Origin: Malacoraja senta
Lineage: Eukaryota
DNA: 64,000 nt
Direction: 5' to 3'
Assembly (NCBI GenBank): GCA_038087875.1
Contig: CM075999.1
Span: forward strand, 870,001-934,000
Shown here: positions 27,441 to 39,899 of the stretch, in pieces
How the letters are laid out: every line of letters starts with the position of its first letter
How positions within the stretch are numbered: the first letter of the stretch is position 1
Made by a program: the position numbers and the translations under genes
The notes under the pieces: generated by a model
Databases searched by the model: none
What the model saw: only the letters and a program-made list of their open reading frames with translations
What the model was told of the DNA's origin: nothing

Positions 27441-28354
27441 GACAAACTTCAAGAGAATAGTGTCGCGCTGGGTTGCAGTTGGGCTCAACCTACTGTCTAG
27501 AGCAGGTTCTAAAAAATTCACCAACTCTCGCCTTTCCCCAAAGCAAGGGAGAAGTCTACCTCTTCAAATATATATCTTTTAAAATTATTATTCATTCAAC
27601 TTCTACCTGTCTGTCTCTCAAGCAGTGGATTCCAGATTATTTTAAAAAGAGCACAACGTGGAAAAAATCCTTACTCCTCGCTGATAGTCTTCCACAGGGC
27701 TGTCTCCCCTGGTTATGGAACCTCCTGGCAGCAGAAATACCTTCTCCCTATTTTATCTACATATCAAGAAAAAAGGATTAAAAGGACAGGCAACGCCAGT
27801 TTATGAGTAGAAAATATAATAATCAATAGGACAATTTCCCAGTTGTTGAAGATCAAACTTACAAAAATAAATATGAATAAATAGCTAAAGTAAAAATACT
27901 GTCCACTCAGCCACTTTTACAATTCCTAAAGGCAAAGGATCAGTCGTAGTCATTGTAGAGTTTTCCTATTTATACATGGTAATCATCCTTCTGTAATAAA
28001 AATTCCTTTCGTTCATCAGATGTTCCATAGTTTATCAGCTGGGCATTATTAGAAGCATTATTTCATGAATAAGCGAGTTTGGTATTCCAAAAAACGCAAG
28101 GAATCATGGGATTTGCAAAGGTCATTCGTGATAAAGAAAAAGTGAACGAAGCGCTGGCTGTATAAATTGTTAAGTATTCTACCAATGAATTAATCTAGAA
28201 TTCTGTCAACTCAATAGCGGACAGGCGTCGCTCTTTTATGAACGTTAATTGGATCTTATTTCTATCTGACTTCACAAATGCACCCTCTGGAATTCCGCAG
28301 AACCCCTTCCGGCAGCGTTGGAGGTCATTCTCTCTCTTTCTCCGAGGGGGTTAA

Positions 28355-28919
28355 CGACAGCCACTGGATAAGGCGAGAGGTGCAGCTGACAGTCCCTGGC
28401 CCATCGGGGAACGGGTTCCTCGGGAGTTGGACCAGAGTTAAGCTGGAGTTAGCGCTGCAAGCCTGGGGCCAACTCTGCTCCGGGCCACAGTCCCGTCACC
28501 CCGGACATCTCTGGCTTTCCCCGGACAGGGATGGGACACTCGGGAGTGAGACTCCGCTCACAAATCTGCCTCCTGGGGTTATGCAGGAGAGAGGTGTGTG
28601 GTTCGCCCCTGTATAATAACCGACAGCCACTGGATAAGGCGAGTGGTGCAGCTGACGGTCCCCGGCTAGTTGGGTAACAGGTTCTTCGGGAGTTGGAGCA
28701 GAGTTGAGCTGGAGTTAGCGCTTTTTCTCCGCGCTGGCTGTAAGCCTGGGGCCGCCAGCGCTCCGGGCCAGTGTCCCATAACCCTGGACATCTCCGGCCG
28801 CCCTTGGACAGTGATGGGACACTTGGGAGGGGACAGGAATGGTAGTGAGACTCTGCTCACAAATCTGCTTCCTGGGGTTATGCAGGAGAGGGGTGCGTGG
28901 TTCGCCCCTGTATAATAAC
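28355..28919. repeat. GC-rich two-unit tandem repeat (266 bp + 299 bp)
   Basis: Both units start CGACAGCCACTGGATAAGGCGAG and end TGGTTCGCCCCTGTATAATAAC. Confidence 0.9.
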
Positions 28920-31900
28920 CCTGTATAACCTGGGACGGCAGCCCGAGTGAGAATGGAACCCATACACCCAGACTTACCTTTACCTAGTTAGATTAATTTG
29001 GTTTCGGGACACACACAGAAACAGGCCCTTCGGCAAACCAAGTCAACGCCCATCACCTGTTCGCACTTGTTCTACATTATCAAACTCCAGTCTCTGGTGC
29101 CCTCTGGTGTACGAAAGATTATGGTAGTGCAGGTGCACCTAATGCCCATCTGTTACTGCAGCAGGAAGCATTCCATACTCTAAATGTACTGTTGGGATAT
29201 TAAATTTAGAATAAGTGCGTTGTGTATGTCCGACAGTCCTAAAGGAATCCATGCCATCATCAAAAGCACAGGGGACCCTTATGGTATCCAGACTAATGCT
29301 TATCCTTGCAACCAACATTTCTCCATCAATTTAACTTTTCATTGTTTGTGGCACCAGACAATTCACCAGTTTTCCCACCATTCAATATTTGGAAAATAAT
29401 TCATTGTATTTACTGGTTCTTCCCAGGTTATAAATGCCCGACTTATCAAAGCTCTATGTATGAATGAGCGCTTGGGAAAGCGGTGAGATGGATAGGGATA
29501 GATTGTCTGGCTGCTGTGGGGTTTCAGGCATTTCCATGGGCCTTCTCTCAACACCCCTACCCGACCCACTGAGCCACAACAACCGTGGCTGGGTGGAGCT
29601 GAGCAGAGCTGGGGGCACCTCACTCACTCACTCACAGGATCAGCGAGGCCGTCTGTCGGCCACTCCTCCCACACCGGCTCGCTCTCCTGTCGCTGCTGTT
29701 TCTGTGATCCTCCTCCACACATTCCACCAGTTCATTTCCAACTCACAAACGGATCGGGTTACGAACAATTCTGAGCGATGGAACCTTGTTGTATCCAGGG
29801 CACTGCCTGTGGTCTGGGAGCCACTTTCCCAGTTTTCTTTTCCCAAAACGAGGGAAAATTCAATCTCTCTGGCAATCTTAGAACACAGATGAAGCAGAGT
29901 CTGAAGATCAAACTTCTGAACAGCAACACAATGTGGCCAATTGCAAATTAATATCTTGCCTTACATTCCACATAGTCCACCTTTTCTTAAATGGAACAGT
30001 AAGAAACTGCCTGTAATCTCACTGCCAGTCACAGGACCCTGTTGAACAAGAACATTATCTTATGTTTGTGTGAATATTGAGATTTAAAAAATCACCTCCT
30101 GCAAGCTTCAAACTGCAAAGGAGATAATCCACTGGATGAATGGGAAATTATACAACCTACAGTAGGTCACCTCCAGTCCGTAACCAAGATCAACCCTACA
30201 GATATCAAGTTGCAGAATGCAGACACCACTTGAATATGCACATTCAGATGGTGCACTTCAAGACATAGTCATAAATCTGCACAGCACGGAAGCAGACCAT
30301 TTAACCCAACTCGTCCATGCCATCCAAAGTGTCTAACCGAGCTAGTCCCTCTTGCCTGCTTCTGGTCCATGTCCCTCCAAACCTTTCTTATTCATGTACC
30401 TGTCCAAGTGCCTTTTAAATGCCATAATTGTACCCACCTCTACCACTTCCTGTGGTAGCACCTACCATGAATGCACCACACTCTCAGTGAAGAAGATGCC
30501 CCTCGGGTTCCATTTAAATCTCACTTTAAACCTATGCCCTCTAGGTGTAGACCACCCTACCATGGGGAAAAGAGTATGGCTATTTATCATGATCCCTCAT
30601 GATTTTATAAATTTCGAAGGTCCATCCCTTAGTCTCCTACACTCCGGGGAAAAAAGTCACAGCCTACCCAGCCTCTTTTCAAGATCTGATTGTATCCTCA
30701 TAAATGTAGACACAAGGGACTGTGGATGCCGATTTACAAACATTTGATAAAAGGCGCTGGAGTAACTCAGAGGGTCAGGCAGCATCACTGGAGGATATTA
30801 ACAGGCAGCATTTCAGATCTGGTCCCTTATTCTGATAGATTGTAATGGGGTGGGGGGCAGGGGGGTGGCACCTGGAAGAGAGGTGAGGGGGGGGGGGGGG
30901 ACAAAGCCTGGCAAGTGATAATTGAGGGGGCTTTGATTGACAAATGCTTGGGAAAAGCCATAGCTGAAAATACAAACGCCTGTGAGATAATTTATTTATT
31001 GTCTTTATTGCACCCTTTCCAGTTTAATGACATCCTTCCTATAGTAAGAACCAAAGCTCTACACAATATTCCAAATGTAGCCTTAGTAACATATTGTTGA
31101 GCTGTAATATGACATCCCCACTCCTGTACTCAATATACTGACTGATGAAGGCAAGCATGCCAAACGCCTTTTTCACCACCTTGCTGAGCTGTGTTGCCAC
31201 TTTCATGGAACTATGTACCTGCACCCCTGGTTCTCTCTGTTCCACAAGACTCCTCAGGGGGTCTATCATTTACTGCATGTCATTGTTGACTCATGTTGAA
31301 GTGTACGTGAGAATGGGCCCTAGGTTTTGCATCTGCAAAACGAAGATCCATTATCATCCTTCCCTGGTTGTGCAACACTGCCAGTAACCCCAAAGGTCTA
31401 TGGCATAACCCTGAAAAAACATGCTCCATGTTCAGTATGTTGGGAACCACCTCTCTATGAGGGTAGGCATCAAAGATGAATGACACCATCAACTCCAGTG
31501 CTCTAGTGTGCCAGCAAACTCTTTGGCTGTCCTAGGAAAATAATCTGTAAATATTAAGTCCTCGAACCTTGATTTCCTTAACAGTAATCAGCTCCAGCTT
31601 CTTGTATGCTCCTGACACTTTGACTACCTCAAAGCATTGAAGCGATACCACCAATATTGCCACCATAGAAATCTCAAAATCCACTGACTCCCAGGAATGC
31701 TTGGTCGTGAGCAACTGATCTCGAGGACAGAGTTCTATAAGACCTGCAGACTGATGGAGTCAAAAGCTTCAGTGGTTTAGATTTGTGTTGCAGCTCTCTG
31801 CATTTCTTATGATGGAAATCACTTCTACTGTAACTCCAGACAGACAGAATTTGTGGAGCTCATCGGCCACTGGTAAGACCTTGGCGATGACCTTCCTGAA

Positions 31901-33910
31901 ACAGAGAGCATTCTTTGGACATGATCGTGGCATCTCTGAAGACCCCTGGCATATCTTCCTTTTCCCAATGAGGAAAATGAGGTCATGGGTCACTGAGATT
32001 TCTCACCACCAAGTTTGAGAACTTCAGAATGGATGTTGTCTTCTCACAGGGCTTAATTATTGCTCTGCATATGGTCTCTGCTATACTGAGGAACAGGACC
32101 TGTTGTTGATAGGATGGTTCAGTTGCCTGATAACAGATGGGAAGAAACTGTCCTATCTCTGAATATCAACATCAAAGATTCGTAAAAAGGTGCTATATGA
32201 GGCCAAGGCTCATCAGGCTCTTCAGCCATGGTAGCAATGAATGAGGAAGTGCTTTCTATAAGTTGTGAATGTGAAGGATATCCATCAATCACCAGGATCG
32301 CTGCAGCAAGACTGCACTGCTGAAATCAATACTCATTCTGTTAGCGCTGTGCCCATAATATATACCATTTACAGGATCTGTTTGAAGCACTGGGTTACCT
32401 AGACAACACCTCCCAGATGTCTCTCCCTACCTCTGGGAGAGATGGTAGAACAAACCGGCTCCAAGTTCTCGATGACAACACTGTCCCTTCAGCCGTAGGG
32501 CATCTTAACCAACATCACTGCAGAAGTACTTTCATCACAAGGACTGGGGTGTTCAGCATCGAAGCCCACCATTACCACCATCTCCAGACAAATGGGAATG
32601 TGGAATAAATACAGCCTCGTGTACATCATTTCTGTCCAGCAAAAAGTACATCAAGCCTCCGTCCAAGTGTAATACAGTTATTCTTACCATTGTGGACCGT
32701 TTCTCCAAGGCTGCTCATTTCCTTCCTCTTCCTAACCTCCCATCTGCTGTAGAACTCGCTCACGTCATCATAAACCAGGTCATCAGATTCCATGGTTTCC
32801 CTCGAGACATCGTCTCTGACAGGGGTCCGCGGTTCACCTCACAATTTTGGAAGGCTTTCTGCTCCCTGGTTGGCTCCGCTGCCAGCCTCTCATCTGGATT
32901 CCATCCACAATCAAATAGTCTGTCAGAGAGAGCTAACCAGGCCCTAGAGATCACCCTACGTTGCCTGGTATCCGACAACCCTACCACCTGGTCTAGCAAA
33001 TTGGTATGGATCGAATATGCCCACAATTCTCTGCCCAGTTCTGCCAACGGTCTGTCTCCATTCCACTGCTCCCTTGGTTATCAGCCACCTCTGTTCCCAG
33101 ACCAATCCAATCCAATCCAACTTTATTTGTTAAGCACTTTAAAACAACCAATGTTGGCCAAAGTGCTGTACAGAAGAATAAACAAGACATCATAAACAGA
33201 CAACATAACAGAACATAACATAACAGCTCACATGAGGCGCAAAAATTACACATGAAATACAACAATAAATTAAAAGACATAAAACATGAGTAAAAATAAT
33301 AGCCGACACAGCAAAGGCACGGTCCCCTCTGAGCTTCAAATAAAAAAGTAAAAAAGGTAGAATAAAAAAGACACGACACACTATTAGAGATTCAACATGA
33401 ACATCCCCCCACAGCAGAGTCGAACCTCTCCACTGTGAGGGAAAGGCACCAAAATGTCCAGTCCTCCTCCTAGTCCACCCGAGGTCGGGGCCAGTTTGAG
33501 GGCTCCGCAGCCAGTCGCCGCAACGGCAGCCCGATGATTATAGGCCCACCCGCCGGGAAGCTGGAACACCGGCATCGGGTGGAAAGGAGGAGGTCTCCGT
33601 TCCCTCTGCCCAGGAGTTTGTGCACCGCAGTCGTCAGATCTGGAAGAAGGCCCATTCTCCGCACCACTTCCCGATGCACATAACAGGCGGATCGTCACCG
33701 GACCCCTGCCCCTCGCTATTGCCCTGGTCAGAGGGTTTGGCTGTCCACCGGAGATCTCCCCCTCCGCGTTGAGTCCCGTAAGTTGGCACCCCGTTTTATT
33801 GTCCCATTCTTGATTCTCAAGATCATTAACGCTCTGCTGTCCGCCTTAGACTGGCCCGGTCTATGCAGATTCACCGCACCTTCCACGCATCCCAGGTTAA
33901 GCCTGTGTCT

Positions 33911-34216
33911 TTAGTTTTAGTTTTAATTTAGTTTTAGTTTTAGACATACAGCGTGGAAACAGGTCCGCGCCGACCAGTGTTCCCCGCACATTAACACTCG
34001 GGACAATTTTTACATTTACCAAGCCAATTAACCTACAAATCTGTACGTATGTGGGGAAACCGAAGATCTCGGAGAAAACCCACGCAACTCACGGGGAGAA
34101 AGTACAAACTCCGTACAGACAGCACCCATAGTCGGGATCGAACCCAGGTCTCCGGCGCTACATTCGGTGTAAGGCAGCAACTCTACCGCTGCGCCACCGT
34201 GACCGCTCCAGCTCCA
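33911..34216 (-). mobile_element. HE1-like V-SINE inserted in Gypsy integrase
   Basis: (CTAAAA)n tail, V-domain and tRNA head. TGTCT duplicated at 33906-33910 and 34217-34221; removal restores KPVSPAPL. Confidence 0.85.
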
Positions 34217-34484
34217 TGTCTCCCGCTCCTCTGCTAACTCTGCCACCCCGCATCATTGACGGTGATCCGGTGTAATGTTACATGGCGAAGCAACTGCTGA
34301 AGTCCCGGTGGCATGGCAGAGGGATCCAGTACCTGGTTGACTGGGAGGGCTACGGTCCAGAGGAGAGGAACTGCATTCCTGCCCGTGACATACTGGAACC
34401 CTCCCTGATCCGTGACTTTCATCAGCAGTATCCAGACCAGCCAAAGAGGACGTCAGAAGGCATCCGTGAGAGGGGAGGGGCTCC

Positions 34485-34786
34485 TGTCACACTTACCACA
34501 CCTCAAGACACTTGAGACTCATTCCACACTCCTCCCCTGAGCTATGGGAGTTACACCTGCGTTTAATCTGCTCCACTAATCTATCACATGGTATAAATAC
34601 CCGAGATCATCACCAATTGGGTGCCGCCTAATCAGTTATGCATTCTGTCGGTTCGATAGCAGTTCTTAGTTCTGTCGGTTCCAGGTCTATACCTTTCAGT
34701 TCCATTCGCGTTTGGTTTTTGGGTTTTCTTCAGTACTTCTCGGTGAGCCTGCATTTGAGCCCTTTCCATTTCAGAGCCCGCTGACA
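34485..34786 (+). repeat. Gypsy 3' LTR (302 bp)
   Basis: TGTCA...TGACA termini just after the polypurine tract; TATAAA at ~34592. Confidence 0.7.
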
Positions 34787-34829
34787 GACTATCTCCCTCA
34801 TTTTCATCCAAGTACACATGCAGTCCTTT

Positions 34830-35412
34830 TAGGACTGCACCTTCTCTAACCTTATTGACTTCATCTGGTGTTCCCTATGTGGCCTTCTGTACATTGGCGA
34901 TACCAAGCATAGACTCGGCGACTGTTTCACTAAGCACTTGTGCTCAGTCCGCCAAGGTTTGATGGTTTTCCTGTTTGCTAACCTTTGTAACTCCTCTTTC
35001 CATTCACACACTAACCTTTCCGTCCAGGGCCTCCTCCTTTGCCAGAGTAAGGCCACACGCAAACTGGAAGGAACAACACCTCAGATTCCGTTTGGGTAGC
35101 TTACAACCCAACGATATGAATATTGCATTTGCCAATTTTAGGTAACTACAATTCCCTCCCTCGCTCCCTTTTCACCCCATATAACACCTCCCCCCCTTCT
35201 TTCCCACATGTCCTCTCTTCCCTGGGCCCCATCTGGACTTGCACTGATTTTTCCTTTCACCTACATTCCTTCCTCTAGCTTCACAATTCGCAACTCTGCA
35301 ATCCTTCTGTCTCACGCCTTCCGTCTTTTCATTTCTGGCCTTTGTCCAACCATCTGCCTATTAAAGCCCCTCCTCACCTAAATCAACCTATTACCTTGCC
35401 TGCCCCTCCTCT
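34830..35412 (+). mobile_element. Penelope fragment split by the ERV (continues at 54849-54960)
   Basis: Degenerate YIGDTK.RLGD.F.KH GIY-YIG remnant. The pyrimidine tract resumes after the 3' LTR and runs into the terminal block AGAAGGGTCCCAACC...GATGCTGC. Confidence 0.75.
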
Positions 35413-36584
35413 TATAGTAGATATTATTTTCTGTATTAAATGTATCTTATATAATCTGTATTTAAAAGTAGTTTAAGAAGTGTGGCCGTTCTCAGGTTAC
35501 AGGCCATTTGGTCAGTCACAGACCACATGCTTTTTCTCAGGAGACATTCTGCAATACAAAGGGCTTAGCATTGGGCATAGCATTTACGACAGGCAATTGT
35601 TTACATTTAGATAATGTTGGGTGGTGGGTATATGACCTTTGTAGGTTAGATTTATGTTGTTTATATGAACTGAGGGGACTAAGATGTTGAGAAAGAATAG
35701 TGGGGCTGGAAATGTGACAATCCTTAGATAATGTTGTCAGTATGATAGCAGTCGTAAAGAGGCCCAAGAAGAGGCCCAAGGATGGGGTTGGAATGCCATC
35801 CTCCTAGAGATAACAAGAAAGGGGGAGGGAGTGTGAGATGGCCAAAGGACCATTATCGTTTGTCACCTGGGACAGTTTTATGACCCTTGCTATGCTGGCA
35901 AAATAGAAGATATGTTTGCAGAGATAGAGTACATTCATACTTTAAAGTTTATAACGTAAGATAATGCTAGTTTAAAGATGATGTATAAAGAAGGTCATCT
36001 GGGAAATATAGTGTATTTTAATTAGGGAAATTGTATTTCTATTTTACATTAGATCTTTGTGTTTGGATCTGTAGTTTAAGAAGTTACATTCTTTCCCAAG
36101 ATTATAGGTTTAATGGGAACAAGGTCTTATTGTATATAAATTGGGCAAACACTGAAACACATGTAGCCTATTTTGAGGAGCGATCTTTGTGAATTAAGAC
36201 CACTGTTCTTTGGATTACACGTGGTTAAAAAAAGCATTTCAGAACAAAAGAAGAAGCCACGAGGCTAGCAAGGGGCCATAAAGGGGAGTCATGTGACTTA
36301 TGACTGTGGTTATTGTGGAAAAGTACTGGTAAGAGGGGCCTAAGAGGAAGCGAGTGATTGGCTGCAAATAAGGGAATGCTGGCAAATTATTGGATATGGA
36401 GATAACAGAGGTGGGAGACGCGAATGTGAAAATAGTATAAAGAGTGATGATTGTTTGTAAAAGAGGTCTCCATGTGTTTTGATGATGTGGAGAACTCAAT
36501 CTTATGTTTGCAAATAAACGTTTGAACCTCTTGAAGAATTCTCCGTGTCACCTGAATTAATTTAGAGGATTGAAAACCACAACA
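35413..36584 (+). repeat. ERV 5' LTR (1172 bp)
   Basis: Direct repeat of 53672-54844; TA...CA ends; TATAAA 36436-36441; AATAAA 36513-36518. Confidence 0.97.
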
Positions 36585-36588
36585 TAAT

Positions 36589-36606
36589 TGGCGCAGCGAG
36601 CAGGGT
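36589..36606 (+). promoter_or_regulatory. Primer-binding site, tRNA-Ser(UGA)
   Basis: TGGCGCAGCGAGCAGGGT is complementary to the 3' end (...ACCCTGCTCGCTGCG-CCA) of vertebrate tRNA-Ser-TGA as recalled; 4 nt after the LTR. Confidence 0.85.
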
Positions 36607-36672
36607 CGGTAAGAGACAATCGATTAAAAGACAAAAAGCTTAGGGTGCTTTCAAGCCCCTCATTGGCTTTCT

Positions 36673-37330
36673 TTCTTTTTTTTTTTAATATTTTTATTTT
36701 ATTAGAAGTAAGTACAATTGTATACAATCATATTTTCATAATACCTTTTATGTACAGCTTCTTATTTTTTAAATTTTTTGTAATAAAGAAGAAAAAGAAA
36801 AAAGTTAGATAATGAAAAATAGAAAAATGTGAGATATATAGTGTGTGAAAAAGAAAAATAAAGAGTGAAAAAAGAAAGTTGAGACATAGAAAATAGAAGA
36901 AAGAGAATAAAAGAAGAGAAGAGAAGAAAAGAAAATAGAAGTAAGGAGATCATTTATAATCTTGACCATCCCCAGTCACGGATTAGCTTTTACACCTGTG
37001 TTGCACCATATGTTTCCAAAAAGACGACAAATGGAGACCAACTCGTTATGAATTGGTCAAATTTATCTATTAGGAGGAATCGCATTTCCTCAAGATGTGC
37101 GGTATCCAACATACTTGCAATCCACATTTTGAGCGTTGGTATTGGTGTATTTTTCCAAAATTTCAATATTAATTTTTTTGCTATTATTAAACCATAATTA
37201 AAAATTGACTTTTGAGATGAGCTCAATTTGTTCCCGTCTTCCATTACCCCAAATATAATCAATTCATTATTGGGTTCCATTTTTGTCTTAAATAATTTTG
37301 TAAATATTTCGAAAATATCACTCCAAAATC
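36673..37330 (-). mobile_element. 5'-truncated L1-clade LINE in the ERV leader
   Basis: FWSDIF...AKKLILKFWK..P..W...LEE......KF...WSPF (fish-type L1 ORF2 C-terminus); poly(A) tail; CTTTCT TSD (36667-36672 / 37331-37336) at a TTTCT/AA endonuclease-like site. Confidence 0.85.
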
Positions 37331-37602
37331 CTTTCTAAGACAACAGGACACAGGGTGGCCACCCAAAACAAAAAATTAGGCTGTTTTCCGCTTTATTTGG
37401 AAAAATAACCTGTTGTACATGGAAAGCCATTGAGGACACAGAAGTGCCTACATAGTCAGAAGGTCTCTCCGACCCAAGAATCTGTCACTAAACTCATCAA
37501 AGAGGAGACCCGGAGGATCGCTCGAGAAGACCGCGCATTAGGGTAAGTAGATAATAATTGAACTGAGTAATATAGTGTGTAGATGGAAAATAAGAAATTT
37601 GT

Positions 37603-37772
37603 GGATTAGATCGTTGAGAAGGGGGCGAGATCCAAGGGGAAACGAGCGGATTAGATCGTTGAGAAGGGGGCGAGATCCAAGGAGAAACGAGCGGATTAGA
37701 TCGTTGAGAAGGGGACGAGGTTCGTGTCGAAATTAGTGGATGAGACCGTTGAGAAAGAGGGACGGGGTCCAC
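37603..37772 (+). repeat. 45-bp tandem repeat (~3.7 copies) in the ERV leader
   Basis: GGATTAGATCGTTGAGAAGGGG unit starts at 37603, 37648, 37693 and (degenerate) 37738. Confidence 0.9.
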
Positions 37773-37828
37773 GTGTGTAGGAAAGTATAAAAAAGTATAG
37801 AAACAGGATAAGAACAGAAGTAAGGATT

Positions 37829-39899
37829 ATGACTGGATTGAGTGATAAAGTCTGGGGAAAATGTTTTACGATGAGTAAGGTAACTGCAATCGAATTATTA
37901 AGTAAAAAGTTCCCTGTATCTAAAGAGGACATTATAAAACATTCTGAGAAATGGGGAACAAGAACGGAGAAACTAGTGACGAAATGGCCCAAGGAAGGTA
38001 CTTTCGATATAAATGTGTGTGATGAGATGGAAACATTAATAAAGAATTATATGTCTGAAGATAAATCAGAAAAACGGAAACAGAAGAGAGAAAAGGAGTT
38101 AGAGGTGATTAAGCTGTTCAGAGTGGAAGGAGAAATGTTGAGGAAAGAATACCAGGAGGTAAAGAAGACAAAGGAAGAAGGTGAGAAAGCAGAATGGCAG
38201 AATGAGAGTCAGAAAAACCCGGTTAGAAAGTCGACTTTATATCCAAGCTTGAGAGACCATGAGTCTCCCCCTCCCTACCTGGACCCGAACGGTGTCAAAC
38301 AGTGTCCCATGTTAAGGGGAACAGTAGAATTAGAAGAACTTACAAATTGGGATGATGAGAAGGAAATAAGAGAATATAAGTACAGAAGGGCAAGAAGAGA
38401 AAGGGAAAGGATGGAGTAAGAACTGAGGGATTTAGAAGAAGATGTTAGGAGATTGCGGAGCCTGAGGAATGAGAGGGATTTTCAGGTATCCCCTTGTGAA
38501 GAAAGGGGGAACAAAGAAAGAAGCCGACAGGATTGGAGAGTGATAGATGAAGGGCAACCGAGAAGAAGGTATGGCAAGGAGGAGGGAGCAGATGCAGGCA
38601 GTGACAGAAGAGGTAAAAAGGGAAAAAGGGAGATCGGGGAAGACATAAGAAGGGGAGCGAAAAAATCTGAAAGACAAGAGTTTGAGCTTAGAATGAGAAA
38701 GGAAACACTGCAAAGAGAATTGGAGTGGCAAGAGATACATATAGAAGAAGAAGAAGGACAGAAGGGAAAAATAATGCCATTGCTTATAAAAAAAGAGCAG
38801 GACAGACACAGTATATTCCTTGGGGACCCAGGACCTGGAAGGGCTAAAAAATAGTCTGCCCAATATTTATGAGGGGGCAGGAAAATGGATTAGGGCTTTT
38901 GAGGAGAATGCAGGACGCTTATTGGCTATGGGAGATTTGAAGGCACTGTTAGTGAAAGTAATAGGAACCACTAAAATGACAGAACTTTTGAAGATGGCTG
39001 GTATAAAAAATGCGGTGGATAACGCAATGATCAATGGCATGCCATTTGATATAGTCAGTCAGAGGGTATGGCAGGCCCTCAGAGACTGTTTCCCACTCAA
39101 AGTGGACCCCAAGGCACTAAGGGGAGATCCACTGGGGGAGACAGAGAATCCAGCAGCCTATCTGGAAAACCAGCTGAAAAAGTGGAGACTTGAAACTGAA
39201 CAGGACATAGAAGGCAACCAGTTAATAAACACTATGTTCCGAACCGCTGTGGTGGATGCCATGCCTCTTCAAGTCAAGTCTAGACTGGAGGAGGTGGTGG
39301 GATTGTCATCTATGTCACACCCTCAGTTTAGAGATCATCTGGTCCACGCGGTTGAAAGGTATCGCAAAGAAAGGAAAACTCTTGCAAACCAGCAGGAAGA
39401 GGTGCAGAGAAAAGTGATGCAAATGCAACTTGAAGAGCTAAAAAAAAAAGAGCGTGAAAAAGGAAAGAAAATGTTGTCAGTAACAACAGACTGGGCTGAA
39501 AAGACTGAAAAAAGTGATGCACCTACACACAGTGATGACTATGAAAGAGCCAAGCAGAGGCCAGAGAATCCCATGCCAATAATAAACTTCTTTGGAGGAG
39601 CGTTCCCTCAAATGCCCTATCAGGAGCGAAATAGATCTGAAAATAAGCCCAGACAGGACTGGGGTCCCCAAGGGAGGGAGGGATCTCAAGGAGGAGGTCG
39701 AGGAAGGCTAGGGAGGAGACAGGCAATGGAAAAGGTGTGCTGGGGATGTGATCAGGTAGGGCACCTGAGGTATAACTGCCCACACCGTCCGTGGCCCAGC
39801 CCACATAATCAGAGACCAGGGGAAAGTGAACAATACTTTAACCCAGACTCAGCCCTGACAGGTCCTGCAGGACCTGTGAACCCCTATGTTAGATACTAG
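37829..39899 (+). pseudogene. gag: ERV gag (MA, late domains, CA, NC); one nonsense codon (38417) and one frameshift (~38790)
   Basis: WPKEGTFD matrix motif, LYPSL and PPPY late motifs, YIPW..QDL capsid start, single CCHC knuckle CWGCDQVGHLRYNC. Confidence 0.9.

Larger units (their letters stand above)
32670..34786 (+). mobile_element. Ty3/Gypsy chromovirus 3' remnant (integrase, chromodomain, PPT, 3' LTR), interrupted twice
   Basis: VDRFSKAAHF...IVSDRGPRFTSQFW...SSGFHPQS...[39 protein letters not shown] chromodomain; purine tract ~34468-34480. Confidence 0.88.

Noticed and set aside
29560..29900. Possible first exon of a minus-strand gene (GTGAGT donor near 29635)
   Set aside because: The donor lies in a (GTGA)n microrepeat and no downstream coding exons could be linked.
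31500..32620. Possible RTE-clade LINE remnants
   Set aside because: Too degenerate to support a family call or boundaries by eye.
35537..35779. 80-aa antisense ORF with hydrophobic N-terminus in both LTRs (also 53796-54038) as a viral accessory gene
   Set aside because: Non-ATG start and no recognisable motif; presence in both LTRs is expected from their ~98% identity.
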